Numbered from the stretch's first letter, positions 12,450 through 26,022 are shown. The stretch is DNA of 64,000 nt from Octopus sinensis (GCF_006345805.1 NC_042998.1:199206001-199270000); one strand, 5' to 3'. Program-made: numbers and translations. Notes: generated from the letters alone by a model not told the origin.

Positions 12450-13059
12450 ATTTTGTTAATCGCATTCAACTCCATTCTCATATATTTATATTTAAAAAAA
12501 ACATTCAAATTTCCACATGAAAGCACGTAACTTCAAACGAATCTTCTCTGATGTGAATTTGCTACCCAGGTATCGGTTAACCGATTATCCTTAACAAGAT
12601 AATTCATTCAACTACTCAAATAATATATATATATATAATATATATATATATAATATATATATATATATTATATATGTATAATATATATGTATATATATAT
12701 CTATGTATATATATATATATATATATTATATATAGATGTGTGTATTTTTCCTTTGTTAACAATTAACACGGAGAAAATAGATAAATAGTTACCAGGGTAG
12801 CAAAAATCACACAAGTAAAGAGGTTGTAACACCTTGATTTTAAAGGAGCTTTTTTGTATATAATATATAAATAAATAAGCATTCACTAAAAAAATACATA
12901 TTTTCCTAGTTTATAAGGTTTTATTTAATATGCATATAATCATATACTTCTCATTTATTTAACTTTTCCTTAATTTATCCCTCCTCTTTCTATAGGCTAC
13001 TTCTGACGTTATATCATATAATGTCTTTTCAAACAATATTAATAGCGTTCAGTAAATCA

Positions 13060-13969
13060 CTATATATATATATATTTTTTATATATATATATATGTATGT
13101 GTATGTGTGTGAAAAAATATATGTATGTGCATGTATGTATGTATGTATGTGTGTATATATATATATATATATGTGTGTGTATATATATGTGTATGTGTGT
13201 ATGTGTGTGTGTGTGTATATTTATTTGCTTGTTTATGTGTGTATAAACATGTACATTATTTGCATGCGCATTGTGTATATGTATATTGTATGTATGTGTA
13301 TTGTATATGTATGTGTACAATTAAGTGTATATATGTGTGTGTATGTGTGCAGTGTATATATGTATATTGTAGGTGTGCTATATATGCGTGAATACATGTA
13401 TGTGCATTGCGTGTGTATATATATGTATGCATTGTGTATGTATGTTATGTGTGTGTGTGTGTATATATACATTATATGTATGCGTACGTGTATGTGTATG
13501 CGTTGTATGTATGTGTATTGTGGGTATATGTGGTACATCTATGTATGTGTATGTAGACACTATTTATATGTATATGTGTATATATGTATATGCATTGTCT
13601 ATATATATATATTATATGTATGTACTGCGTATGTATATTGCATGCATATATTGTGTATGTATATTGCTTACATGCTGTATGTGTATATTGTATGTGTGTA
13701 TATATATGCTAGGTGTATTTGTGTGATATTTATATTATGTATGTATGTGTGCGTGTGTTGTGTGTGTGTGTGTGTGTGTGTGTGTTGTGTGTGTATGTGT
13801 GTTATATATCTGTGTATGTTATATATAGATACATATTATATTTGTGTGCTGTGTGTATATGTGATATATGTGGGTGCGTTGTGTGTGGGTGTGTGTTCTG
13901 TGTGTGTGTGTGTGTGTTGTTTGTATGTGGTGTGTGTTTGTTTACTATGTGTGTGTGTGTGTGTGTTGT

Positions 13970-14000
<31 letters not shown>

Positions 14001-14005
14001 GTGTG
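13060..14005. repeat. Degenerate (TG)/(TA) low-complexity tract
   Basis: Source of the spurious 357-aa ORF. Confidence 0.95.
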
Positions 14006-14425
14006 ACAAACAGACGCTATCTGACCAGCGGGCACGGACACATCTATTCACACACATACTACCTCCTGATAACCCCAAAATCATTCATGCATAAAGGGGA
14101 AGTATACACCACATTGGCTACTTCCTCTGTTCTCTCAGTTCAGCCTTTCTGCTAATCCCAACAGGTCAGTAAAAACATATTCTCGCCTTGTACTTAAAAT
14201 ATTCTGAGATGTATAAAAAAGCCATTCTAATTTTTGCTGTCAAAAGGCTGTATATATATACCGAAGATTGTATATATATACATGTAATGTGACAATTTGC
14301 GACAACCAATAATTAACGCAACCAATTCCCAATAATATATTTGTTTTATCCTTTTCTGCCAAATTTTCCCAAATATTCTCATCACTATTGAACTTCTCTG
14401 TTACCAAACACTATATCTATACATG

Positions 14426-14634
14426 TAATGTGACAATTATGTATAAAAAAACATTTTTGAATTCATAATATCCAATGTGACAATTATGTAAAAACCTTTT
14501 TGAATGCATAATACTCAATGTGACAATTATGTAAAAACCTTTTTGAATGCATAATACTCAATGTGACAATTATGTAAAAACCTTTTTGAATGCATAATAC
14601 TCAATGTGACAATTATGTAAAAAACTTTTTTGAA
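14426..14634 (+). repeat. 43-bp minisatellite, ~4.8 units
   Basis: Unit CAATGTGACAATTATGTAAAAACCTTTTTGAATGCATAATACT at 14473, 14516, 14559 and 14602, plus a degenerate unit at 14426. Confidence 0.9.
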
Positions 14635-14813
14635 CCCAATTATTCATGTTTCCTTAAATGTAACTTTTGACAATCTTTTACCAAAGAGTGAAACCGGTTA
14701 AGTAAATAAACATCGTTTAAATTGCATTTTCAAACCTTTTTTCTTATATATATATATATATATATATACATCATTTTCTGTTAAAATGTCTTATTGACGA
14801 GTTTCATTTCTTC

Positions 14814-14900
14814 ACTTCCCTGAAGAGAAGATTACATTATTTACACCATTTTATTCCTTGGAATAATATCAATGATAGCTTCGAAATATGTGTCGAAAGT
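14814..14900 (+). ncRNA. Type I hammerhead motif, mildly decayed
   Basis: CTGAAGA 14820-26; stem II GAAG/CTTC; GAAA-TATGT-GTC; stem I ACTTCC/GAAAGT with one mismatch; followed ~35 nt later by (TA)n. Confidence 0.7.
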
Positions 14901-14931
14901 AAAAGTATTTGAACTACACCTGCGTCAAACT

Positions 14932-14975
<44 letters not shown>

Positions 14976-15091
14976 TATATGTATGTATGTATGTATGTAT
15001 ATATATGTATATATAGATGTATACATATATATATATGTATATATATATGTATATATGTATGTATATATATGTATATATATATATGTATATA

Positions 15092-15170
<79 letters not shown>

Positions 15171-15394
15171 AGTATTGTCATTGAGCTATGTATGCTATTA
15201 AATTAATCATCGGGGAAAACACACTGAACAAACTATGCAATCTTCGATAAAAGTAGTTTGCTATGATTTGATGTAAAAACATATACACACATCCACATAA
15301 AAGACAGTACGTACATTAAGACAGTCTCTATAATATTACATATATATATATATATCACATTTAGTGGACTGTCACTATTTTCATGCTAACTTAC

Positions 15395-15485
15395 CATCAG
15401 TTGACTTGTTGCAGAGAAACCAGCTTGCGAAAATTACCATGGAAACAATGGTAGACATTTTCTTGGCACCCATTACCATAAATAC
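15395..15485 (-). CDS. Probable first coding exon (signal-peptide-like) of the LDLa gene
   Basis: Acceptor CCATTTTGCAG, donor GTAAGT; reads MVMGAKKMSTIVSMVIFASWFLCNKSTD and ends in phase 1, compatible with the LDLa exon (giving ...KSTD-V-CSAGYF). Confidence 0.55.
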
Positions 15486-15805
15486 CTGCAAAATGGTGCG
15501 GAAACTTACATCTAAGTTAAGTGACTCAGGAGGATGGAATCTAAATGTAGATATTAAAGACGGAAATCATGAATGTTAAATTTATTGCATTCTTCTGTTA
15601 AAGTGTAATTATTTTAAGCTGCAATTAGATCTATTGGATGCAATGAAACAAAAAAAGTTATGTTTGGTAAAGTAATTATTTTTGCTTGTTAGTCTCTCAA
15701 GTATGAATTCACGCATATATACATATACTTGCATATATTAGTATATGTATGTAATCTATGCACATATGCATTTGCGAATGTATATATCTATATTTTTATA
15801 TCTGA

Positions 15806-15853
<48 letters not shown>

Positions 15854-15889
15854 ATGAATCATCCGCAGTATGCACTGCTATTTCAATTC

Positions 15890-16298
15890 GAGCTGGCAGA
15901 AACGTTAGCACGCCGGGCGAAATGCGTAGCCGTATTTCGTCTGCCGTTACGTTCTGAGTTCAAATTCCGCCGAGGTCGACTTTGCCTTTCATCCTTTCGG
16001 GGTAGATAAATAAAGTACCAGTTTCGCACTGGGGTCGGTGTAATCGGCTTAATTCCTTTGTCTATCCTTGTTTGTCCCTTCTATGTTTAGCCCCTTGTTG
16101 GTAATAAAGAAATAGGTATTTCGTCTGCCGTTACTTTCTGAGTTCAAATTCCGCCGAGGTCGACTTTGCCTTTCATCCTTTCGGGGTCGATAAATAAAGT
16201 ACCATTTTCGCACTGGGGTCGATGTAATCGACTTAATACCTATGTCTGTCCTTGTTTGCCCTCTCTATGTTTAGCCCCTTGTGCGCAGTAGAGAAATA
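15890..16298 (+). mobile_element. SINE A dimer
   Basis: One head and two bodies joined at AAAGAAATA|GGTATTTCG. Confidence 0.9.
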
Positions 16299-17089
16299 TA
16301 TATGAATGGGTTAGTCTGGTATTGAAAAAGCAAACCTCTATAGTTGGAATATAGACGAAACAGTCAAGAAGTACACGGTAAATGTTAGAAATAATCTTGC
16401 CTTTTTCAAAATTCCCACTTAAAAGTAAATTTATCTAATACAAGTAAAATGGTCTGTCTCTTTACCTGAAAACCAAGATTTCAGAGGTGATTTTATAGAC
16501 GTTTATTAAGCTTCTTTATTTCCTTATTGATAGCAGTTTCAGGCTTTATTTTGTCTGTAAGTTCGCTCAACAGAAAGGTTATAAAGAAAACCAGAGAAAA
16601 AAAAAATTAATGAAAAATAGTGGTCTGCTATTTTCATCGTCTTTGCGCAACCACTCATCCTTTACATTTTAAGAATGTTCTAGATATGGTAATCAACTGT
16701 AGGGTATGATACAGAGAAATGGGCAAAAGTGGATTAATGGATGTGATATTTCTTGTTAAATATTTTGAATTATTTCTATAAAAAAATCAACTAGTATCTT
16801 ACCAACAAAGTCCAATTCCTGGAATATAACTATGTCACTAAGAATGGCAAAGAATTACAAGGGGAAATTCAGAAAAATCTTGCATAAAATTTCACTTTTC
16901 CTTACTAAGTGTATTTATTATATAAAGAACGTATTTGTTGGCCTCTATTTATTTTGAAAATTCCAGTTTTACGAAATTTCCACTAAGACATTTCATAATA
17001 GCCATAATCAAGAATACTAATAATTGTAAATGAGAATGTATGATCATCTAGGCATAAATGTGAATTTATAACTTATTTCTAGGTTTTGA

Positions 17090-17739
17090 AATAGTTGTCC
17101 GTAAATGTTCTCCAGACACAAACACGTCCACTATCTGAAAATAATGCAAATCTGGATTCATCTGAGAAAATCACTCTATCCCAAAGTGAACTGGATTTTT
17201 CTGACATCTCATTTCTTTCTTTTCATGATATTAATTGGTTGAAAGAGAAGTTTTCTTCTAGCTGCTCGTCCATAATACCCAAGCTTATGCATATATGTAA
17301 CACACTAACTTCTAGCTGTTTTGCAATGTCAGAAGCCTTCGGACGGGGTTCATTTTCCACAATTCTCTTCAAACAGCGAAGCTTCCTTTCTGAGGGCCCA
17401 GGTAGGCCGGGACGAGAATCTGTTGATTCTTTTCCATGGCTTTTGAATTGCACTATAATTCTATTAACAGTAGCAAGAGGAATTTGAAGATTTTCGTCAA
17501 TTTTTCGCTGGCTAAGTCTAGCCTCAGATTGCCCAACAATATGACCTCTTTGAAAATCTGACAGTTCTGCTGAATTTTTTGTGCATGGCATGGTTACTCT
17601 TCACAAATGTTTAATATAATGGCACCTGGAATGAAAAAGAATCATTACATTGTAAATTCTACACCGCTGAAAACATTAAGACGCTTAGATCAGAAATTTT
17701 GAAAATTAAAGGTGTCTATTTACTTCCTGCATGTCTGTG
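17090..17739 (-). mobile_element. Tc1-family transposase remnant
   Basis: ELSDFQRGHIVG...IPLATVNRII (paired-like HTH) and WDRVIFSDESRF (first catalytic D); TIR-like TA|CACAGACATGCAGGAAGTAAATAGACACC ending at 17739. Confidence 0.85.
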
Positions 17740-17949
17740 TACATACATATAAACATGGCGCCGTTTAAAAAGTACGTTTTGAACGTCTTCCTCTAGAAAT
17801 ATACCACTTTCTCCGTCCTGAATCGGTAACTGGTTTATTTCTCCAATAATTGATAAGAGAAACACCTTTTGGTCGCCATCGTAGCGCTATCCTGAACAGA
17901 TTTTAAAGTATACATCTACACCAAGTGAAATCTCGGTAACACGATTATG

Positions 17950-19465
17950 GCTGAAACTTAATCACAACAGATGAAACTAACAACGTCACCACCGATGAAA
18001 GCAGAACTACTTCACCAGTAATTTATTTAAGAAGACGTAAAGTACTCTTCTGATTTTACTTGGACTCAACAACCAAACCAAGGTTTACTTTGGTGTTATG
18101 AAAAAGCCCGAGATGACCCTTAAATCGGATACATGAAGCAGTTAAACAGTACAGGGACGAAGCTCACCCCAACTTGAATACCTTCACGGTGAAACAGCTC
18201 CGATAACAAGCACTTTTTGTAAAAAAAAAAAAACGAAAAAAAAAAAACAAATCAACTGGTCCCCGATCCTCCAAAAACACTGAAAATGGGTGTCAAAATC
18301 TGCCATGAGCGGCGTAAAAAATAACGTAAACAAACCATCGCTCACGCCATCACTGAATTCAAGTGTTACCAAATTTAGCTGACTCGGTAGCGAAGATTGT
18401 GGAATATATCAGACTCAAGCATTTTAAGATTAGAATTCGCAAAAAATGTTGCTACTTTCTCGAAGCTTTCATTGAGCAACAGACTATTCCCGACAAGAGT
18501 GGGAAAAATCCGACCGATCTAATGTTTAAGGTTATGAACAATGTTGCTGGAGAGCACGTGGAATCATCTGATGTTAATTACTAGAATATTAATTCTCTTA
18601 TATACGCAACCGCTTTTACTATTAAATAATACCTAGGAGAAATCTACAGTGAACAAAGTAACGAAATTACTAAACGAAAACTACCTAGATGGAAATCAAA
18701 ACTTGAAGAAAACATCAATAATGTGTGCCGCCTTATTGGATGGTTAACAACAACAATAAAATGTAAGGAGAAAAATGAGTTTACATCTCATCAATTCCAC
18801 CTTAGAAAAACTGAATGAAACTTTATGGCAACTCTTCAAATCGAGCTCTTGAGGGAAAGCTAATCATTTTGAAACATGAACTCAGGACGATGAGCGAGAA
18901 ACTCCGCTATCGCATGCGAAGTTTTGAGCAAACCAGTGTCAATCGCAAGTTTGTTTCCAGCCCACGAGCATTATACAGAGAGATGAGGAATGAAAATATT
19001 ACCATTAAGAAAGCTCCCTTCCAAGAAGATCTACAATCATTCTGGTCAAAAATTTGGAACGAAAAGAGGTATTTCAACCTGATTGCAGCATGGTTAAATA
19101 CAATTGAGAGAGAATACTGTGCCAACACTAACAGTAAAGCATACAAAACTGATGCAAAAACCTTCTTTCTAGCAGTAGGCAAACTACAGAATGGTAAGGC
19201 ACCTGGAAAGGACCTAATAGTTGGATATTGGTACAAGAAGCTCACATTTTATACAAACCAATTGATATCTATGTTCAAAAGGACTATGGAAGGTCAGACT
19301 GATATACCAAAACTTGCGACAGCAAGGACAAATCTTGTCAAAAACGGAATCACCGAGATGGCAGGAAACTACAGACCCGTTGCTTGCCTAAACATTATGT
19401 ACAGACTGTACACAAGTTGCTTCAACCAATTCCTCCTGGACAATTGTGAGTCGAACAACATTGTG
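17950..19465 (+). mobile_element. R4/Dong-like (RLE-type) LINE fragment, N-terminal region to start of RT
   Basis: NSLIYATA...PRWKSKLEENI; KAPGKDLIVGYWYKKL; NYRPVACLNIMYRLYTS. Confidence 0.8.
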
Positions 19466-19554
19466 ACTGCACACACGCGCGCGCACAAACACACATACAC
19501 ACACATGCACACGCACACATGCTCTTACATACACACATATATTTATTGTTCTTA

Positions 19555-19635
19555 TACAAGAACGTTGTTGTCAGTGACTTCGACGTTTCGGCCAGCTAAG
19601 CCTTCGTCGGAGTCACTGTCAACAACATTCTTGTA
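19555..19635 (-). ncRNA. Minimal hammerhead-like motif closed by a ~25-bp stem I
   Basis: TACAAGAATGTTGTTGACAGTGACT-CCGACGA-A-GGCT-TAGCT-GGCC-GAAACGTC-GA-AGTCACTGACAACAACGTTCTTGTA; core U4 appears lost. Confidence 0.6.
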
Positions 19636-20450
19636 TTAGAATAATAAATTGAGCAATAACGAATCTCTGAACGAGATTTATACAGTAACTGCTCGACAAC
19701 GTAAAGTATACTAGCCATCTCAATATGGCTAACCACTAAGGGTGGGTGTTACTGTAGCTTTTAGCGCCAGGAGATCATCGTCTCCAGCTGGATTTAGGCA
19801 CACTTTCTGTGCCCTTATGATATAATAAATAATAAATAATAAATTGGTTCTCTACAAAAGTATGGAGTAACCCATCAAATTAACGTAAGAATTGTTTTTA
19901 ATATAACAACTGAGCATAAAAACACACTCACACACCCATACGCACATACGCACACATATATGTACGTACACACACTCATATATATGTACACACACATTCC
20001 TATATGTGTGTGTTGTGCGTATTTATATTACATTTATTTCAAGCAGAAATTTCAATCATTGCGTCACTCTTAGTTGGTGACACGCAAGGCGGCCATAACA
20101 GCCAAAATGTTATCGAGAGAAACTCATTGCAAACTTTAAAATAAAATCATGTAAGCAATATATTGAACTTGGAGAGAAACCAATTTTTCCCTCCCAGTTT
20201 GTACTGAAAGCAACGACTACAGGACTACACATGTTTTTTACAAAATGGAATATTGGGAACACAGCTAGCCCAAACAAAAAGCTAATAAAAGACTGGAGAT
20301 TATGTTTGACTAAGAAATTACATATATTAAAACATCCAGCAACATAGCTGAACAACTGATCTGAAATAGTATTTCTCTTTCCTTACACACACCGAAGACT
20401 GGTTCTTTCGGAGAGGTGTTATCAGGAAAACACTCTACAGTCATATTACC

Positions 20451-20860
20451 TATTTCTTTACTACCCACAAGGGGCTAAACACAGAGTGGATAAACAAGGA
20501 CAGACAAAGGGATTAAGTCGATTATATCGACACCAGTGCGTAACTGCTACTTAATTTATCGACCCCGAAAGGATGAAAGGCAAAGTCGACCTCGGCGGGT
20601 ATTGAATTCAGAATGTAGCGGCGGGCGAAGTACCTATTTCTTTACTACCCACAAGGGGCTAAACACAGAGAGGACAAATAAGGACAGACAAACGGATTAA
20701 GTCCATTACATCGACCCCAGTACTGGTACTTATTTAATCGACCCCGAAAGGATGAAAGGCAAAGTCGACCTCGGCGGAATTTGAACTCAGAACGTAACGG
20801 CAGACGAAATACGGCTACGCATTTCGCCCGGCGTACTAACGTTTCTGCCAGCTCGCTGCC
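20451..20860 (-). mobile_element. SINE A dimer with TSD
   Basis: TSD CAGTCATATTACC at 20438-20450 and 20867-20879. Confidence 0.9.
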
Positions 20861-21110
20861 TTTCTGCAGTCATATTACCAACAAATCAATGCTGTTAAGC
20901 AAATGAAGAGTAGCCTCTATTCGCCAACAGCAGATGAAAGTAGTGCGTTGCCATCCTTACACTGAAGTCAAGTCAGTTAGCCATGTCAGCAAAATTTTAC
21001 CTGGCAGCTTCAACCAATGATAATTTGCTTAAACTGTTTTACCACCTTCTCTCTTTTTCTTCCACACACTCTCTTTTTCCCTGTGCACAACACACACACA
21101 GACACACACA

Positions 21111-21143
<33 letters not shown>

Positions 21144-21491
21144 ACTCGCGCACACTCGCGCACATCGTGTACAATAGGCATTGAAAACACACAGACATGT
21201 CTAGTTTAATAAGCATTAGAAACCTCACCGGGAAGAATCATGTGTGGAATGAAAAGCAATATTTGCCATTGGTTAATATTTTTTTGAATTATGTCGGATA
21301 GTATGCGAGACAATTCTGGATATGTTTTGGTTACATTATGATGGTATCAGTAAATACTGAAGTAGTGTCTGGAGAAATCAGCGAGTTATGTGCAAGATTG
21401 CACTCTGACTGAAACCAAAAAACTAACTATATTTTAAGGGAATAAATTATTCAGCTACCTCATCTTATTCACAAACATTTGTTATTATATA

Positions 21492-21885
21492 CTAGCAGTA
21501 TCGCCCGGCGTTGCTCGGGTTTGTAAGGGAAATAACTATATAAGCATTTTTAGAGATGTAAAGTATAATAGCCATCTCAATATGGCTAACCACAAATGGG
21601 GGTGGGGTGTTACTGTAGCTTTTTACGTTCTGAGATTTAATAAAAAACTTTTAGAGAGTTACTTCCCTTATATATGCCAAAAATGCATTAAAAATGGGAA
21701 AAATTGATGGTAAATTTTTTTAAAATCGTAGACTCATCGTAGACGCGCGCTAATACCCAGAAGGGCTCGATATGACTCACGACTATAAGATACCCGGTTT
21801 TGGTTAAACTGCAAAATGTGGGAGTAGTTAGGAATCTAAATCGTAGGAGACAGACAGCACACAACCTCTCTTTTATATATAAAGA
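21492..21885 (-). mobile_element. Non-autonomous Helitron
   Basis: Same termini, hairpin and A|T insertion as the other copies. Confidence 0.85.
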
Positions 21886-21899
21886 TTATACTGCGTATT

Positions 21900-21938
<39 letters not shown>

Positions 21939-22104
21939 CACACACACACACGCACACACACACACACAGACACACTCACACACACGCACAGAATAAATAA
22001 TATGGGTGGCAAAGTTACAAACTAAAGGCAAAAAGATATACTTCACTAAAATTACTGAAAGGCACTAATGAGCAACAGTAGTGTTCATTATGCACGGAAA
22101 GCAA

Positions 22105-22499
22105 GGCGGTGAGCTGGCAGAAACGTTAGCGCGCCGGGGGAAATGCTTAGCGGTATTTCGTCTGCCGCTACGTTCTGAGTTCAAATTCCGCCGAGGTCGA
22201 CTTTGCCTTTCATCCTTTCGGGGTCGATTAAATAAGTACCAGTTACGCACTGGGGTCGATATAATCGACTTAATCCCTTTGTCTGTCCTTGTTTGTCCTC
22301 TCTGTGTTTAGCTCCTTGTGAGTAGTAAAGAAATAGGTATTTCGTCTGCCGCTACGTTCTGAGTTCGAATTCCGCCGAGGTCGACTTTGCCTTTCATCCT
22401 TTCGGGGTCGATAAATTAAGTACCAGTTGCGTACTGGGACGTAATGTGCTTGCCGCCTCCCCCCAAATTTCTGGTCTTGTGCCTAAAGTAGAAAATAAT
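22105..22499 (+). mobile_element. SINE A hybrid dimer (tail type 1 then tail type 2) with TSD
   Basis: TSD GCACGGAAAGC at 22092-22102 and 22502-22512. Confidence 0.9.
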
Positions 22500-23320
22500 A
22501 GGCACGGAAAGCCCTCCCATAATGATTGACAAGGGAATTAGCCTCCCATATTATTATATATATTTTTCCACTTTTACCGTTTATGAAATCAGCGTGTGAT
22601 TTCAACGGAAATCTTATAAACTTACAAAGCGAGCCTAGTTTAACCCCAGGCGCGGTGAGAGTCTCTAATGAGCATTAAAATGCGAAACCATCGATGATCT
22701 GGCTATGTCTGCTGTTAGAAGGAACTTGCCTCCCTCGTCAGTCATCAAGATAGTGATATCCGCTATTGAGTTGTTTTGACTAATTTCTAGTAATACTAGT
22801 GCTAAATAGTGCCTTTAACCATTTTAGAGACGTAGTATGTACTTCCGCCTATATATGTACACACACACACACACACACCACACACACACATACATATATA
22901 CACACACATAGATATTTATATGATATGGAGCTATGTGGGATTGTTGAATTAGCTGGTTTTATGTGTGTGGAATAGGATTGTAACAAATTTTTTATGGGAA
23001 TAAAATGTATGACTTAAAAGCTTGGTCGCTTTTAGTTACATATTTAGGAGTTTAGTTAATTATTTAGTAGTTTACGTATTGAATTTAGTTACCGATACAG
23101 CGTAAATGTGCTTGAAATGTGTTGTTTTTAGTATGTTTGTTCTCAAACAACACTTATTTTAATGCTGTTGACACCGCCGGACTGAATGGTGCTGGCCAGG
23201 TGTCGAAACCTTAATGATATCCGTGGGGCAGCTGATGATGGACGTATGCTGGACTGTGGGTACGGCTGTTTCTGTATATGTGGAATAGTATTATAACACA
23301 TTCTTTTGATATGTATGTAT

Positions 23321-23467
23321 AGGCGCAGCCGTGGCAGTGTGTTAAGATGCTTCCAACCACACAGTTCCGGGTTTAGTCTAGTGTTACTAATTTTTAGTAA
23401 TACTGGTGCTGAACAGCGTCCTTTGTCACTTCAGTGATATATATATTTCTGCCTATATATGTACACA

Positions 23468-23549
<82 letters not shown>

Positions 23550-23562
23550 AGAAGCCCGTCGT

Positions 23563-23636
<74 letters not shown>

Positions 23637-23850
23637 ATGTTTGTGTGTCTGCGTTTGTTCCCATAGCATTGCTTGACAACCGATGCTGGTGTGTTTATGT
23701 CCCCGTCACTTAGCGGTTCGGCAAAAGAGACCGGTAAAATAAGTACTGGGCTTACAAAGAATAAGTCCCATGGTCGAGTTGCTCGATTAAAGGCGGTGCT
23801 CCGGCATGGCTGCAGTCAAATGACTGAAACAAGTAAAAGAGTAAAAGAGT
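23321..23850 (+). mobile_element. SINE family B, rearranged 5' part
   Basis: Head AGGCGCAGCCGTGGC; 3' half matches the other B copies. Confidence 0.8.
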
Positions 23851-24347
23851 ATATATATATATATATTCAATTCTTGGGGATTAATCGATATGTGGGTATT
23901 CTATTTCAGATAATACAAAAATAACCTAATGACAGTAGACTCATGGTATCAGCTTGCACATCATGAAATAATACTTAAAGCATATAACCAAAATTTCCAG
24001 TTGGGTATATAATGTACTTAATTAATTATATCAACACCCGACAACTGATGAAGGGTCAGTCTTCGTATTACTCGTCCGTTTTTCGCTCTCGTTATCTGCG
24101 TATTTAACTCATTAGTTTTCGTAGTTCATGTTGTTTACGCATACACACACACACACACACACACTCACATATAGGAAAGAAGATTTGAAAATACAGAGGT
24201 TTTTTTAGAGATGTTTATTTCTCTTTTGTAGTGTGTGTATATACACACAAGACAGAAGATGATGGATGGAAAAGTTGGTAATTCCCTTAAAGTTCTGCGT
24301 AAATTCTTGAACATAATTCATTCTGTATATATAATTCTACACAACAA

Positions 24348-24602
24348 TGATTTTTGATGAACTTAAAATAATTATGAATTTATTTTTCTATCTATTTTGA
24401 ACACTTTCATGTAAACTGTTTAAACACAAAACCCACTTAACATTTTCTTATCATTGTCAAAATTTCTAGTTCTTAACATTTTCTTATCATCAACAAAGAC
24501 TATATAACTATTTTGATACAAATGTGATAACCATTTATTAACACATCAAAGCTTATACAAAGCCTTTCCTTTTACTTTGGATAAGTGAAACCGGTCAAGT
24601 CA
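24348..24602 (+). ncRNA. Decayed type I hammerhead with ~220-nt stem II loop
   Basis: Stem I TGATTT/AAGTCA; core TTGATGA (C3>U); stem II ACTTA/TAAGT; GAAAC-CG-GTC (palindromic ACCGGT). Confidence 0.6.
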
Positions 24603-24737
24603 ATAAACATCTCTAAAATACCTCTGCATTTTCAAACCCTTTTTTACTGTATATTTTCACGCGTTCGGTACCTTGCAACTTTACTTTGTTATACATACAT
24701 ACATATATACATATATACATACACACACATACATACA

Positions 24738-24785
<48 letters not shown>

Positions 24786-24900
24786 CATAACAGGGGTTCA
24801 AATTATTCTCAATGAAGAAATATATATTTTCATTTAGAGACAGTAGGCCCCTTCATCTTACCATATAAAAAATAATTTTTATTTTAAATACTTACTATTT

Positions 24901-25009
24901 TATAACTTGCCTACACGTGTTTCATGAGGTACATTCACCGGTTCCTAAACCACTCCGTGTTTTGCTGGAACCCTTCTTAAAATGTGACCCCAATCATCAG
25001 GCCCTTATA
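24901..25009 (-). ncRNA. Type I hammerhead, intact catalytic core
   Basis: CTGATGA (24994-25000); stem II TGGGGTCACATT/AATGTACCTCA; GAAAC-ACGT-GTA; one G-G mismatch in stem I. Confidence 0.8.
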
Positions 25010-26022
25010 TCACTTTATATCATCGTTCAATACTATAAACTATATTTTAATTTTTTAAAACCCATAAGTATGTGTAAAATTGGTACGTGTAAATTTGGTT
25101 CGCTGGACCCTACAATACAAGCCATAATTCAGATAAAAATTCAAATAAAAAATTACAAAAATAAAATAAGAAATAAATACGAAAAATTTACAAAATCTAT
25201 GTTAGTAATATATAGGGTTAAAAATAAAATATATACTTGTGATAATATAAAATGATATAAAATGAAAGGAATGGCAAGAAAAATATATACGAATAAAGAT
25301 ACTAATAAACATGGAGGCAAAAATGAATAAATATTTTCGAATAAAAGCTATAGTACAAGTTACGAACTGCAAAATTTACAAGCGATACGAATGATAACTT
25401 TTAAAAAATAAAATAAAATAAAATAAAATAAAAAAACTTGATGGTAACGTAAAAGAAATATACAATTCACCGATGGCTCCATTATCCTACAATCGGTGAA
25501 TTGTATATTTTCTTTTACGTTACCATCAAGTTATTTTTATTTTATTTTATTTTATTTTTAAAAAGTTATCATTCGTATCGCTTGTAAATTTTGCAGTTCA
25601 TAACTAGTACTATAGCTTTTATTCGAAAATCTTTATTCATCATTGCTTCCATGTTTATTAGTATCTTTATTCGTATATATTTTTATGCCATCCCTTTTAT
25701 TTTTGTTCGTATATATTTTTCTTGCCATTCCTTTTATTTTTATTCGAATATATTTTTCTTGCCATTCCTTTCATTTTATATTATCACAAGTATATATTTT
25801 ATTTTTAACCCTATATATTACTAACATAGATTTCGTAAATTTCTCGTATTTTTTTCTTATTCTATTTTCGTAATTTTTTATTTGAATTTTTATCTGAATT
25901 ATGGCTTGTACTGTAGGGTCCAGCGAACCAAAATTACACTTACCTATTTTACACATACTTATGGGTTTAAAAAAATTAAAATATAGTTTATAGTATTGAA
26001 CGATGATATAGTATTGAAGTGA

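Larger units (their letters stand above)
12085..12479. repeat. Palindromic element with twin hammerheads (Penelope-like remnant)
   Basis: Arms ~190 bp and nearly identical; (TA)n on the left and an AT-rich flank on the right. Confidence 0.9.

Noticed and set aside
13021-14094. 357-aa Cys/Tyr/Val-rich ORF
   Set aside because: Translation of a TG/TA tract, which cannot easily generate stop codons
16710-16735. Possible second TIR of the Tc1 remnant
   Set aside because: Only patchy similarity to the TIR ending at 17739
21229-21408. Minus-strand segment with good acceptor (TTTCAG) and donor (GTGAGG)
   Set aside because: Stops in all three frames; could only be a UTR exon and is unsupported
23200-23275. 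GAAAC followed by CTGATGA
   Set aside because: Stems I and III cannot be paired
24000-24075. CTGATGAAGGG hammerhead-like start
   Set aside because: No GAAA half at a usable position
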